From the NCBI GenBank assembly GCA_038727095.1, contig JAVYWK010000014.1, positions 1 through 45,858 on the forward strand: a DNA stretch of 45,858 bases. Reading direction: 5' to 3'. The translations under genes were made by a program, and so were the position numbers. Source of the DNA: Thermofilaceae archaeon (GTDB lineage: Archaea; Thermoproteota; Thermoprotei; Thermofilales; Thermofilaceae). Below are positions 25,933-34,825 of this stretch, in pieces. The notes under the pieces were generated by a model that saw nothing but the letters and a program-made list of their open reading frames with translations, was not told the origin of the DNA and did no database searches. How positions within the stretch are numbered: the first letter of the stretch is position 1; each line of letters opens with the position of its first letter.

Positions 25933-26144
25933 TGGATCCGCAACTGGGTAGGCATGCTTTCAATCTAGCCTTCTACTTCACCTTCATGTCAGCAATCCTG
26001 ATACCCTTTCTACGCAGAGACTCTCCCGAGTTCGTAGCCGCAGTGCTAGCCTTTATCTTCAGCCTACTCTTCCTACTCGTTGTAAGCTGGGAAGTCAGGA
26101 GGGAAGCTAGTATTCACAGAACTATCCCGGCTAACGAAGGATAG
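25932..26144 (+). CDS. Small 2-TM membrane protein at the end of the ABC operon
   Basis: ATG overlaps the ATPase stop (TAATG); MDPQLGRHAFNLAFYFTFMSAILIPFLRRDSPEFVAAVLAFIFSLLFLLVVSW...; 70 aa. Confidence 0.78.
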   Translation: MDPQLGRHAFNLAFYFTFMSAILIPFLRRDSPEFVAAVLAFIFSLLFLLVVSWEVRREASIHRTIPANEG

Positions 26145-26377
26145 CTCGCTAATCTGTGAAACGCTCGAACCCCATTGAAGGCATACTCAAAGCTTCTCTG
26201 TGAAGCTTTAACAGTTAACCTGCATCACCGCTCTCTCACTGAAAGTTAGGCGAGTGCAAAACAGTATTTTCATTTCTAGTCTTACTCCTACATCAAACTT
26301 AATTTTTGAAGAATGAATAGAGGGTAAACTCAAATGTCAATTTCAATAAATTGATAAAATCTAAAATAATTTAATTG

Positions 26378-28749
26378 TTATCCCTGCTTGATGAATAAAA
26401 CCAGTATAGCAATCATCTCTTTACCTTTTTCTTCCCAAACATCCGTTTTATCGTAGGAAGTTACTTCGAATATAGTCCTAACCCTCCAGCTTATAGTGAA
26501 AACTAGCATTCTACTAGAATCCAATGGGGGATCCAACCTGACGTCGTAGCTTAACACTGCTGGGGAGCCTGAAGTGGGGAGCTTTATTGTGCAGCTCGAC
26601 TCGTACTCGCTTGTACAGATGAAATACTCCGGGTCGTCTAACTCATGAGTAGTAACTTTTTTGTAATGTATCTCTGGTCTAGATTCTACCTGCGTAAATT
26701 TCGTGCCTTTAATAAAGTTAGTATCAATATATAGTGATACCTTTATGGTAATAGGGTTTTTGAAATCTGGAATGCTTATGCTTAGCATCGGGGGTTCGTT
26801 AAAGATGTTCCCTTTTTTCAACCCTTGATCATAAAAGATGATTACCGCGTTTTCAGGAAGACCTATGATACTTCCGCTAACTTTTAATTCTAGGTTTGTC
26901 GGTGGATTAGAATACTCTATTTCCTCCCTGTACGAATACGCAAGTTTGTACTCTTTAACTACATCTCTTACAGATACTTTAATTTCATAAATTTTTTCCT
27001 CGAATTTTTGAGGCGCTGCTACGATTAGGAGAATCAGCCTTTCTTCTTTGTTTACTCTAACTTCAATGCTACTTTTATCTTTTAAAACTCCCACTTCGCG
27101 ATACTTTGGCAGTACTATGCTGTCCTTGCTCAAGCTCCTGCGTACGGTCGGGGCTGTATAGACACCGATTATTATGTCTCTATTAGGATCTTGAATGGAT
27201 ATATCCAAGTTTCTGTAACTTGTACTGTTTGAATCATACTCTATTTGAAGCAGAATTAATTTAGCTGTAAACGATTTCAAAGAAATTTTTCTCGTTAAGT
27301 TTCCCTTGAGAGGTAATTTTTCAATTATATCTATATCTTTTGTATCGACTGCTCGAACTATGCTTGAATCGTTGAAAAGCATGTTTTTTGTAAAGCCATA
27401 GTAGATCTCTCTGAAAGGCTTACTGTTGAGCGTAGATGCATAAGATATGAGAATGTTCGCGTACGATTCTACGGAAACCGGAGATTTGCATACCTGCAAC
27501 CAGAAATTTAGTAGGTTTTCAGGTTTCATCACGTAATCTATCAAGTGTGAGGTAGCGTACTCTTGGTATCCATCTGTGTACGTGAATGGCTGCTGGAAGT
27601 ACTGGATTGTAAACTCGCTTCTAGGGCTTTTCCCTAAACCGATTCTGTAGGCTGCGTAATCGGCTGTCGATTCGATAACCCACTTTGACTTGCCTAACGC
27701 AGCGTGGTAGATGATGGATATGTACTCATCTTGAACCGCGTGGAAAAGCTCGTGGAAAGCCGTTGTGAGGAGCTCTTCCTCGGTGGGTGCGTCCTCAACA
27801 TACAAGTTACCCGTTATCATGGAGTATTGAGACGTGTCTTTTCCTTTTACGATATAAACGGTTCTCTTTTCTGGAACTTTAAATCCCGCTTTCATGTACC
27901 GTTCCCGTGCAAGTTCTAGGGAATTGCCCAGCCTTACAGCCACCTTGTCTGCAGGTTCCCCCGCATTAAGTAGGGTCCCATTTGCAGGATAGCATACTTT
28001 AAAGTGCGCTGTATGTGTACAAGTGCTGTAAATCCATTACTTTGCCTTTTCGTACGCATCCTCAAAATCATAACCGATGCTTTTTCCAATTTTCTTGATA
28101 GTGTCTAAGGATAAAGATACCATTTTCTGAGCATAAAACAGTACCCCTTTCTTAGAAAAGTGATCAACTTTAGCCACCAGCTTACCATCTTCGATTTTCG
28201 TCTGAATAAGTACCCATGTGTTGTACGCTTCAACGTAGTCCGCGAATGAGAAAAGTTCTCCTAAATCCAAGCCTTCGGGGATTTCGCTAAGATCCAGCTC
28301 AATCTGCATTGTAGCTTGTGCTTCGAGGCTAGAGCTCAGCTCTACGTCGTACATAACGAGGGGCTGCCAGTCTCCGATTATCGGGGGGGGTTGTTGACTC
28401 TGTACACCTTTATCCCTGCGTTTTGTTTAACAGAACCTTTTGGGAAAACTATTGTTAGTGACTCCACCTTTACAACTTTATCGCTGCTCGATGGGATCGT
28501 ATCCTCAGCGATGAGAACCTTTCCCCAATCCCCGATACCGCTGCCTGATCCGCCGGGTATGTTGACGCTGTCCCCCTCATAGGTTTCACCATAAGCATCC
28601 TCTGAAGGCTCATTCACGATTTGCTCTACCAACGTGATGAGGGGCTGATCGAGCAGCATGAATTCCTCAACGTAGCCGGCGAGGATCAACATGATAAAGG
28701 TAAAAGTGGTTAGAATAATCCAGAAACTTCTTCCTGATTTTTTACTCAT
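26378..28749 (-). pseudogene. Disrupted membrane-anchored zinc metalloprotease-like surface protein (~790 aa when repaired)
   Basis: Three same-strand ORFs joined by a frameshift in a C8 tract (28383-28390) and an in-frame TAA (28037-28039); N-terminal TM, KVDHFS, TAFHELFHAVQ (HExxH), WVIESTADY; low GC. Confidence 0.8.
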
Positions 28750-29034
28750 TCCTTTTCCTCGGTTAGGCGCGAAAAATTAAGTTATTTAAACTTTTCTATG
28801 ATTTGATTCCATATGTAAATACTTCTGCTTCACATCAAAAAAGTTAAACTATATTAAATAACCGGAGAAATCTAGATGTTTCTCTAGCAGCTATGATACT
28901 GAACGACCTAGATATAGCATCGATAGCGCAGGTTCCTCGGGACAAGCTGCGTCTGACCATGACAGCGGGTTTTGGACTAGTTCCTCCTGAAGCGCGTTAG
29001 GGAGGCTGATAGTGTCTCGCAGCAAACTCTCCCA

Positions 29035-29445
29035 TTAGAGATTCTTTAACGGGTTTTCAACGATTAGACCGTACTTGCGTGCTACCTTGAGGATGTGGCT
29101 ATCGTTGGAAACGACGACTGGAAGCTTGCTTTCAAGCGCTGTAGCGATTAGAAAGCCGTCCCCCAGTGGGATGTTCTCGTTCAGCGCTACATCCAGACCT
29201 CTAATCGAGGTGGGCACCAGGGTTAGGCTTTCAACGAGCAGCGAGAGCTTGCGTAAAAGCAGCTTTCGGGGTCTCACGCGGTAGTACCAGTAGAGGACGT
29301 TGTACGCCTCAAGCACCGTCACCGGCGTCACAGCCATCTCGACCTCGCCCAGCACACCCCTTTTGACGTACTGCCAGGCTGCATCGTGGAAGGGGCTTTC
29401 ATCGTAGAGCGCGTAGCTGAGGATGTCAGCGTCCAACAGCCTCAA
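29035..29445 (-). CDS. vapC: VapC PIN-domain toxin
   Basis: LLDADILSYAL, TVLEAY, LGDGFLIATA, VVSND. Confidence 0.9.
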   Translation of the reverse strand: MRLLDADILSYALYDESPFHDAAWQYVKRGVLGEVEMAVTPVTVLEAYNVLYWYYRVRPRKLLLRKLSLLVESLTLVPTSIRGLDVALNENIPLGDGFLIATALESKLPVVVSNDSHILKVARKYGLIVENPLKNL

Positions 29446-29687
29446 ACCTTAACCCCTCCATACCTGTGCTTCGCCTTGGAGGCGTCACCCCCGCGCCTCC
29501 GAAGATCCCCCTTCAGCTTAATGCTCTCGATCTCCCTCGCAAAATCCTCGCGGCTGGCAACGCGGAGAACCAGGGTGTAAGGGTTCACAAACTCAACTGT
29601 GAAAACCCTCCCTCTTAGGAGCTTCCGCACTTCAGCTGGGAGGGTTACTCTCCCGCGCTCATCCATCTCGACAAGGTGAATACCCAT
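29442..29687 (-). CDS. vapB: AbrB/MazE-family VapB antitoxin
   Basis: MGIHLVEMDERGRVTLPAEVRK; ATG 29687 lies about 24 nt downstream of TATA TTATAACC (29718-29711). Confidence 0.85.
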   Translation of the reverse strand: MGIHLVEMDERGRVTLPAEVRKLLRGRVFTVEFVNPYTLVLRVASREDFAREIESIKLKGDLRRRGGDASKAKHRYGGVKV

Positions 29688-29708
29688 ACCCACATCCCAT
29701 ACCCACAT
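29683..29708 (-). repeat. Perfect 13-bp tandem repeat (ATGTGGGTATGGG x2), candidate antitoxin operator
   Basis: Plus-strand CCCATACCCACAT at 29683-29695 and 29696-29708, between TATA box and start codon. Confidence 0.7.
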
Positions 29709-29917
29709 TAGGTTATAAGACTGACTGCTCGCCCCAAGATCGCAATCGAGGAACCAGTACTTAGCCACTGAACGGCTCCAACTCCCAACAGCCGAATCAT
29801 CAGGTCTTTAGGGTTGCTTCCCACCCACCCACTCCAAATACGGTGCAGGCAAGCTGAATGCCTGCCTCAAGCGGTTACGCTCTCAGCAGGGTTTCTCGGT
29901 CGTGCTGAGCTACGGGT

Positions 29918-29931
29918 GAAAGGTTTAAAAG
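29918..29931 (+). promoter_or_regulatory. BRE-TATA promoter
   Basis: GAAAGG-TTTAAAAG about 24 nt upstream of ATG 29955 (leaderless geometry). Confidence 0.65.
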
Positions 29932-29954
29932 TTAATAAATAGACGTTTAGCCGG

Positions 29955-30185
29955 ATGAGCAGGCTAGTCAGGCTGTTGCTCATGCAGCTCGGCCTCTACC
30001 ACTTGACTACGCACGAGGATAGGCTCGAGATCGATAGGGAGATCGAGCTGAGAACCGGCGTTAGCTGCGACACCGCGATCGAAAGGGGGCTCATCTCGAA
30101 GGAGGAGTTTGCGGCAATCGTAATTGAAGTCCTGAAGCGGAGACGAAGGAAAACGTCGCGCCCCGAGTTAACGATTTACGCCTAG
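29955..30185 (+). CDS. Small hypothetical protein (76 aa)
   Basis: Consensus promoter, host-like codon usage, basic patch KRRRRK near C-terminus. Confidence 0.72.
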   Translation: MSRLVRLLLMQLGLYHLTTHEDRLEIDREIELRTGVSCDTAIERGLISKEEFAAIVIEVLKRRRRKTSRPELTIYA

Positions 30186-30239
30186 TATGTGCAGCTTCCG
30201 CTCAAGTTAAAGAGGGTAATGCCAGTAGAGTCGCTGTTT

Positions 30240-30947
30240 ATGATCGATGTTTACGTCGGCACTTCAGGCTGGGTTTACGATTGGAATGAGGGTGGGGATC
30301 TGCTCTGGTACGTTGAGAACTCGGGATTGAACGCGGTGGAGCTGAATGCCTCCTTCTACCGCTTCCCATTCCCAGCTCAAGTGAAGTCCTGGGCCTCGAG
30401 AGGGGCTGCGTTGAGGTGGGCCGTGAAGGTCCACCGCTCGGTAACCCACGTGCGGAGGCTCAGCGCTACGGCTCTCGACGTGTGGGCTAGGTTCAGGGAG
30501 AGGTTCGCGCCCCTCGACCCATTGATCGACTTCTACCTGCTCCAGCTGCCGCCCAGCTTCACGGCGACGCGGGAGGCGGAGGAGAGGTTGCGTAGCTTCG
30601 CTGAAGCGGCGAAGCTTGAGTGGAGGCTGGCAGTCGAGTTTCGCCACGACAGCTGGTTTGAGGGGAGGGGCTTGAGGCTGTGCGAGGAGCTCGGCGCTAC
30701 TTTCGTCTCAATCGACTCACCGATGGGGACGTTCATCGGCTCGAGCAACGGTATTGTGTACCTGCGCTTGCACGGGAGAGGCGCTTGGTACGCGTACGAC
30801 TACAGCGATGAGGAGCTGAGGGGGCTGGCCGCATCGATTCTCGACCTTTCGCCGAAGAGGGTCTACGTCTTCTTCAACAACGACCACTGGATGCTGGGGA
30901 ACGCGAGAACCATGCTGGCGATGCTGAGGGAGCTAGCCCGAGGATAG
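30240..30947 (+). CDS. DUF72 (YecE-like) protein
   Basis: YVGTSGWVY, VELNASFYRFP, QLPPSF, VEFRHDSW, YLRLHGR, YVFFNND; ATG 30240 preferred. Confidence 0.92.
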   Translation: MIDVYVGTSGWVYDWNEGGDLLWYVENSGLNAVELNASFYRFPFPAQVKSWASRGAALRWAVKVHRSVTHVRRLSATALDVWARFRERFAPLDPLIDFYLLQLPPSFTATREAEERLRSFAEAAKLEWRLAVEFRHDSWFEGRGLRLCEELGATFVSIDSPMGTFIGSSNGIVYLRLHGRGAWYAYDYSDEELRGLAASILDLSPKRVYVFFNNDHWMLGNARTMLAMLRELARG

Positions 30948-30950
30948 CAG

Positions 30951-30972
30951 GGTTATAACCAAGGTTATAATC
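30951..30972. promoter_or_regulatory. Tandem palindromic GGTTATAA boxes upstream of ADP-ribosylglycohydrolase
   Basis: GGTTATAACC (perfect palindrome, 30951-30960) then GGTTATAATC (30963-30972). Confidence 0.45.
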
Positions 30973-30981
30973 CGCAGCCTT

Positions 30982-32307
30982 GTGGCGGCTCCCGTGTTCA
31001 ACTTGGAGGAGCTCAAAGGCCTCATTGAGTGGGAGGCGGTTGAGAGGTTCGAGGAGGGCTTCGATGTGAACGTTGACAGCTTCAGGCGTAGGCTCGTTGA
31101 TGCCCGCTCGAGGGAGCAGCTGCTCAAGCTTTACGACGAGCTGCAGCACGCCGAGCCGAGGAAGGGTTACCCGTACATGGAGCCGACGGACTGGCGCGGG
31201 ATCCTCTCGGAGAGGCCGGCACCTCCCCCGCGCTTAAGCGTGGAGCTGGACGGGAGGGAGCTCTACGACAGGGTTCTGGGCGCGTGGCTGGGCCGGTGCG
31301 CCGGCTGCATGCTGGGAAAGCCCGTGGAAGGCTGGAGCCGGGAGCGCATCGAGAGGGCCTTGAGGAGAGCTGACGAGTACCCGCTGAGGAAGCCGTACTT
31401 CCCGCTGGCGGCCTTCCTCGACTTGGGTGAGGAGCAGCTCCGATGGATCAAGCCTCTGACCAGGGAGCACATCGGGAGTGCCGAGAGGGACGACGACCTC
31501 GACTACACGGTGCTGAACCTCCTGGTGTACGAGCGGAAGGGGCCGCACTTCACCACCAACGACGTGGCTGAGGCGTGGCTCAGCCTACTCCCCTACAACC
31601 TGACCTACACGGCGGAGAGAGCCGCCTACAGGAACCTCGTACTCGGCTTGAGGCCGCCTGAGACAGCAACCTACCTCAACCCCTTCAGGGAGTGGATTGG
31701 CGCTCAGATTCGAGCAGACCTTTGGGGCTACGTCTCCCCCGGGGATCCGGGTGGAGCGGCGGAGCTCGCCTACAGGGACGCGAGGCTCTCGCACGTGAAG
31801 AACGGGGTTTACGGGGAGATGATGGTCGCCGCGATGCTTTCTCTGGCCTACGTCCTCGACTCGCCGAGGGAGATCGTACGGGAGGCTCTGAAGGTGATCC
31901 CGGAGCGCAGCCGGCTGGCAGAGGCGGTGCGCTACGTGCTCAACCTTCACTCGAAGGGGGTTGAGTGGGGGGAAGCCGTTGGAGAGGTGCTCAGCGGGTA
32001 CGGCAGGTACCACCCGGTCCACACGATCAACAACGCGGCTGTGGTGGTTGCCGCGCTGCTATGGGGGGAGGGCGACTTCGCGCGCACCGTCGTCTACGCC
32101 GTTACGGCGGGGCTCGACACGGACTGCAACGGCGCAACGGCGGGAAGCATCGTAGGCCTGATGCAGGGTGCTAGCCGGCTCCCCAGGGAGTGGATCGACC
32201 CTCTCCGAGGTAGGCTGGCTACAGCGCTCAGCGGGTACGGGGAGCTGAGCATCGAGGGGTTGGCGGAAAGGACCGCGAAGTACGCCATCGCGCACCTTGA
32301 GCGCTAG
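30982..32307 (+). CDS. ADP-ribosylglycohydrolase family protein
   Basis: GAWLGRCAGCMLGKPVEG, RDDDLDY, WIGAQIRAD, LSHVKNGVYG, GLDTDCNGATAG. Confidence 0.9.
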   Translation: MAAPVFNLEELKGLIEWEAVERFEEGFDVNVDSFRRRLVDARSREQLLKLYDELQHAEPRKGYPYMEPTDWRGILSERPAPPPRLSVELDGRELYDRVLGAWLGRCAGCMLGKPVEGWSRERIERALRRADEYPLRKPYFPLAAFLDLGEEQLRWIKPLTREHIGSAERDDDLDYTVLNLLVYERKGPHFTTNDVAEAWLSLLPYNLTYTAERAAYRNLVLGLRPPETATYLNPFREWIGAQIRADLWGYVSPGDPGGAAELAYRDARLSHVKNGVYGEMMVAAMLSLAYVLDSPREIVREALKVIPERSRLAEAVRYVLNLHSKGVEWGEAVGEVLSGYGRYHPVHTINNAAVVVAALLWGEGDFARTVVYAVTAGLDTDCNGATAGSIVGLMQGASRLPREWIDPLRGRLATALSGYGELSIEGLAERTAKYAIAHLER

Positions 32308-32990
32308 AAGAGGTTAAGCGCATCCTCGATCGCCGAGAGGACCTTCGCCGTCGCTGCCCAAGCGTCAAGCGCGTACTGTGAGATGGAGACAACTTCGTGG
32401 GCCAGCTTGAGGATGCGCTCGCTGAAGTCGCCCGCCTGGAAGCAGCCAACGACCACCATCGGCTTGGGCTCCGAGGCAACCCTTCTCGCCAGCTCGGCAG
32501 CGCCCACCTTCCCGCCCTTCTCGCTGAGGAGGAAGATTCTGCTGGGAGCAACCCGCTCGAGAAGCTCCTCGAGGCTGTAGGGCTCAACCCAGAGGAGCGG
32601 GCTAGCCGAGTTCGGCGGTACTCGCCCCTCCTTCAGCAGCTGCTCGACGAGCCCGACGAAGCGGTTGTAGTTGCGCGGGAGCCTCACGTGGGGGGAGACC
32701 CCGATCATCCTTCCATCGTACGTGTGGACGTACAGCTCGAGCATCTCAGCCCTGTTGAGGAGGGAGCCGAGGGCTAGCAGCATGCAGAAGTGCGCGATAT
32801 CTGGGCGCCCCCTCTTCATCCTATCCTTCAAGCCCTTCATGGCTGCGTAGTGCAGCGAAACGTCCAGCAGGATCTCCCCCGGCTCTTTCCCCCTCTTCCT
32901 AGCGCTAGCCGCGACGGTGGGGTGTCCCCAGATCTCCGCCGGCACAAGCTCGAGCCCCGCTTCAGCTAGCAGGAGGTGCAGCTTCTCCAC
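32304..32990 (-). CDS. nep1: 16S rRNA pseudouridine N1-methyltransferase Nep1 (Emg1)
   Basis: LLDVSLH, RGRPDIAH, VRLPRNYNRFVGLVEQL, VVGCFQAGDF. Confidence 0.93.
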   Translation of the reverse strand: MEKLHLLLAEAGLELVPAEIWGHPTVAASARKRGKEPGEILLDVSLHYAAMKGLKDRMKRGRPDIAHFCMLLALGSLLNRAEMLELYVHTYDGRMIGVSPHVRLPRNYNRFVGLVEQLLKEGRVPPNSASPLLWVEPYSLEELLERVAPSRIFLLSEKGGKVGAAELARRVASEPKPMVVVGCFQAGDFSERILKLAHEVVSISQYALDAWAATAKVLSAIEDALNLF

Positions 32991-33002
32991 ACCAGCCCCC
33001 GC

Positions 33003-33716
33003 TCACCCGGTTGTCCCCCCTTCTTCTAATTCCTCCCTCCTCAGCACGCCTAGAGCTCGCGCTAATGGTAGCAGCTCCTCCGACAGCTCGCGGTGTGTCT
33101 CGCTCAGCCACTTCACATAGGCCTCATCTGGGTTGCTGGTCGCGACCAGGTACTTGAACACGTAGTCCGCCAGAGCTCTTACGCTCTCCTCGCTCAAGTT
33201 CTCGGCGCTCAGCGTATCGCTGGGCGGCATTGGGTACATCCACGCTGAAACCTTAACACCCTCCGCCGGCTTCAGTGAGAGAGTAGCGTAACCCTCCCTC
33301 ACTGGAGTCTTAACCCCGCCTATGAGCCTCCTCCATGCTTCAAGGTCGACCTTGCCCGTCACGCGTACACGTAGTAGGAGCCTCGTAACCTCCCAGGAAG
33401 CCTCAGCGTCTTCGCGTAAAGGAGGCCCGTAGCACTCGACCTTCAACTTGTAGCCGGCGGCCGTCAGCGACTTGAGCCTTCTCAGCAGCGGCTCCTCAGT
33501 CCAGGACCAAACGTCGACGTAGGAGAGCCCCATCGCTCTCACGCGCGAGACGAGCTCCTCCCACTCGAGGATGCCTTCCACGTAGCGCCGCACGGGGGTC
33601 TGAAGCTCCCGCGGGTAGGGGAGGAGGACTCCGCTCAGATAGTCGGCTGCTTGCGCCACCTCCTCTGCTGCCCAGACTCTGGCCATACGAATTCTGGGTG
33701 CAACGATGACCCACAT
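33003..33716 (-). CDS. Hypothetical protein
   Basis: Host-like codon usage; likely start ATG 33716 (MWVIVAPR...); co-directional with nep1. Confidence 0.75.
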   Translation of the reverse strand: MWVIVAPRIRMARVWAAEEVAQAADYLSGVLLPYPRELQTPVRRYVEGILEWEELVSRVRAMGLSYVDVWSWTEEPLLRRLKSLTAAGYKLKVECYGPPLREDAEASWEVTRLLLRVRVTGKVDLEAWRRLIGGVKTPVREGYATLSLKPAEGVKVSAWMYPMPPSDTLSAENLSEESVRALADYVFKYLVATSNPDEAYVKWLSETHRELSEELLPLARALGVLRREELEEGGTTG

Positions 33717-33817
33717 TGTCGTGCCTTCCAGAGGAGGGTCTTCTCGAGGTGAGAGAAAAGCGTTGCGCGGTGGGGAAAGAATTAAAGCCATAGCGAGCTC
33801 GGACTGGCGGTGCCTGC

Positions 33818-34825
33818 GTGCAGACATCGCAAGTTGTAAGGCTGATTCTAGTCTTAGTCCCGCTAGTTCTGTCTACAACATCGTGCCTCTTAAGATCTCA
33901 AGCCTTGGGGGGCGCGTCAATTACTTCAACCACCGTCGTAGCGTACACGATTGATGCGAACTTTCTCCTCGCCAACCGCTACAACTTCACAGTTAGGGAC
34001 CCTGTGTACATCCCGCTGCCGCAGAACACGAGCTTCCAGCAGAGCTTCGTGGTCTCGATCGACCCTCCCCCGCTGCGCTACGTTAGGGACGAGGACGGCA
34101 ACGTCTACGCCATAGTCGAAGTTGAGGTTCCCGCCCAATCCAAGATACGGATTTCAGCGCAGTACAAGGTAATTGTTACGGCGTACAGGCTGGAGGGCGA
34201 GGTCTACACCTGGCCCCCGCTGGAGGTCGTTCGAAGGTACACGTCATCGTCGGGCTACTGGGACATCTACAACGAAACGTTGATCGAGCTGGCCTACGGG
34301 GTAGGTTTCGCCCACTGGCCCACGGAGGTTGCGAGGAGGTTGGCGGACTGGGTGGTTCGTAGGGTCAACTACAGGATTCAACTATCGAGGTTGGGGAGCA
34401 ACCACGCCGTCGTGGGGGGATTCTTCGACTACGCGATCGTCGGCGACTGTGTTGAAGTGGCCGACGTTTACGTGACGCTGGCGAGAATCCTGGGTCTACC
34501 GGCTAGGACAGCCTTCGGCCTCCTCCTCACGGATATATCGGGGGAGATGTGGCTGAACCTCTCGACGATAACCCAGGAGGGCGAAGCACTGCTGGAGCAC
34601 TGGGGTGGGCACATGTGGCCTCAGATCTACCTGACGGGCCTGGGTTGGGTGGACGTGGACATGCTCGATGGGATGCAGTCGAACGTGGGGGTATACAGCG
34701 AGAGGCACATCGTCTTCGGTTTCGAGGAGACCAAGTACTACGGGTCAGCTCTCGGCAGCGCCCCTGTCCCCAGCTACCTGAGGCTGGAGTACGTCGAGTA
34801 CGCGTACAGGGGTGAGAGATCGTGA
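33818..34825 (+). CDS. Secreted transglutaminase-like domain protein
   Basis: Signal peptide; GDCVEVA, LARILGLPARTAFG, GHMWPQIY, GWVDVD (Cys-His-Asp triad). Confidence 0.85.
   Translation: MQTSQVVRLILVLVPLVLSTTSCLLRSQALGGASITSTTVVAYTIDANFLLANRYNFTVRDPVYIPLPQNTSFQQSFVVSIDPPPLRYVRDEDGNVYAIVEVEVPAQSKIRISAQYKVIVTAYRLEGEVYTWPPLEVVRRYTSSSGYWDIYNETLIELAYGVGFAHWPTEVARRLADWVVRRVNYRIQLSRLGSNHAVVGGFFDYAIVGDCVEVADVYVTLARILGLPARTAFGLLLTDISGEMWLNLSTITQEGEALLEHWGGHMWPQIYLTGLGWVDVDMLDGMQSNVGVYSERHIVFGFEETKYYGSALGSAPVPSYLRLEYVEYAYRGERS

Noticed and set aside
28037-28039. Programmed recoding (Sec/Pyl) at the in-frame stop
   Set aside because: The stop is TAA, which is not used for Sec or Pyl, and the gene has a second lesion.
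29797-29803. CUGAUGA on the minus strand as hammerhead core or C box
   Set aside because: No GAAA after the following stem and no D box at suitable spacing.
33703-33752. Possible C/D guide RNA (ACGATGA ... GGGTCTTCTCG, resembling the complement of a conserved 23S rRNA segment)
   Set aside because: No CUGA D or D' box, and the 5' half is antisense to the likely start of the 33003-33716 gene; the rRNA match is from memory and unverified.
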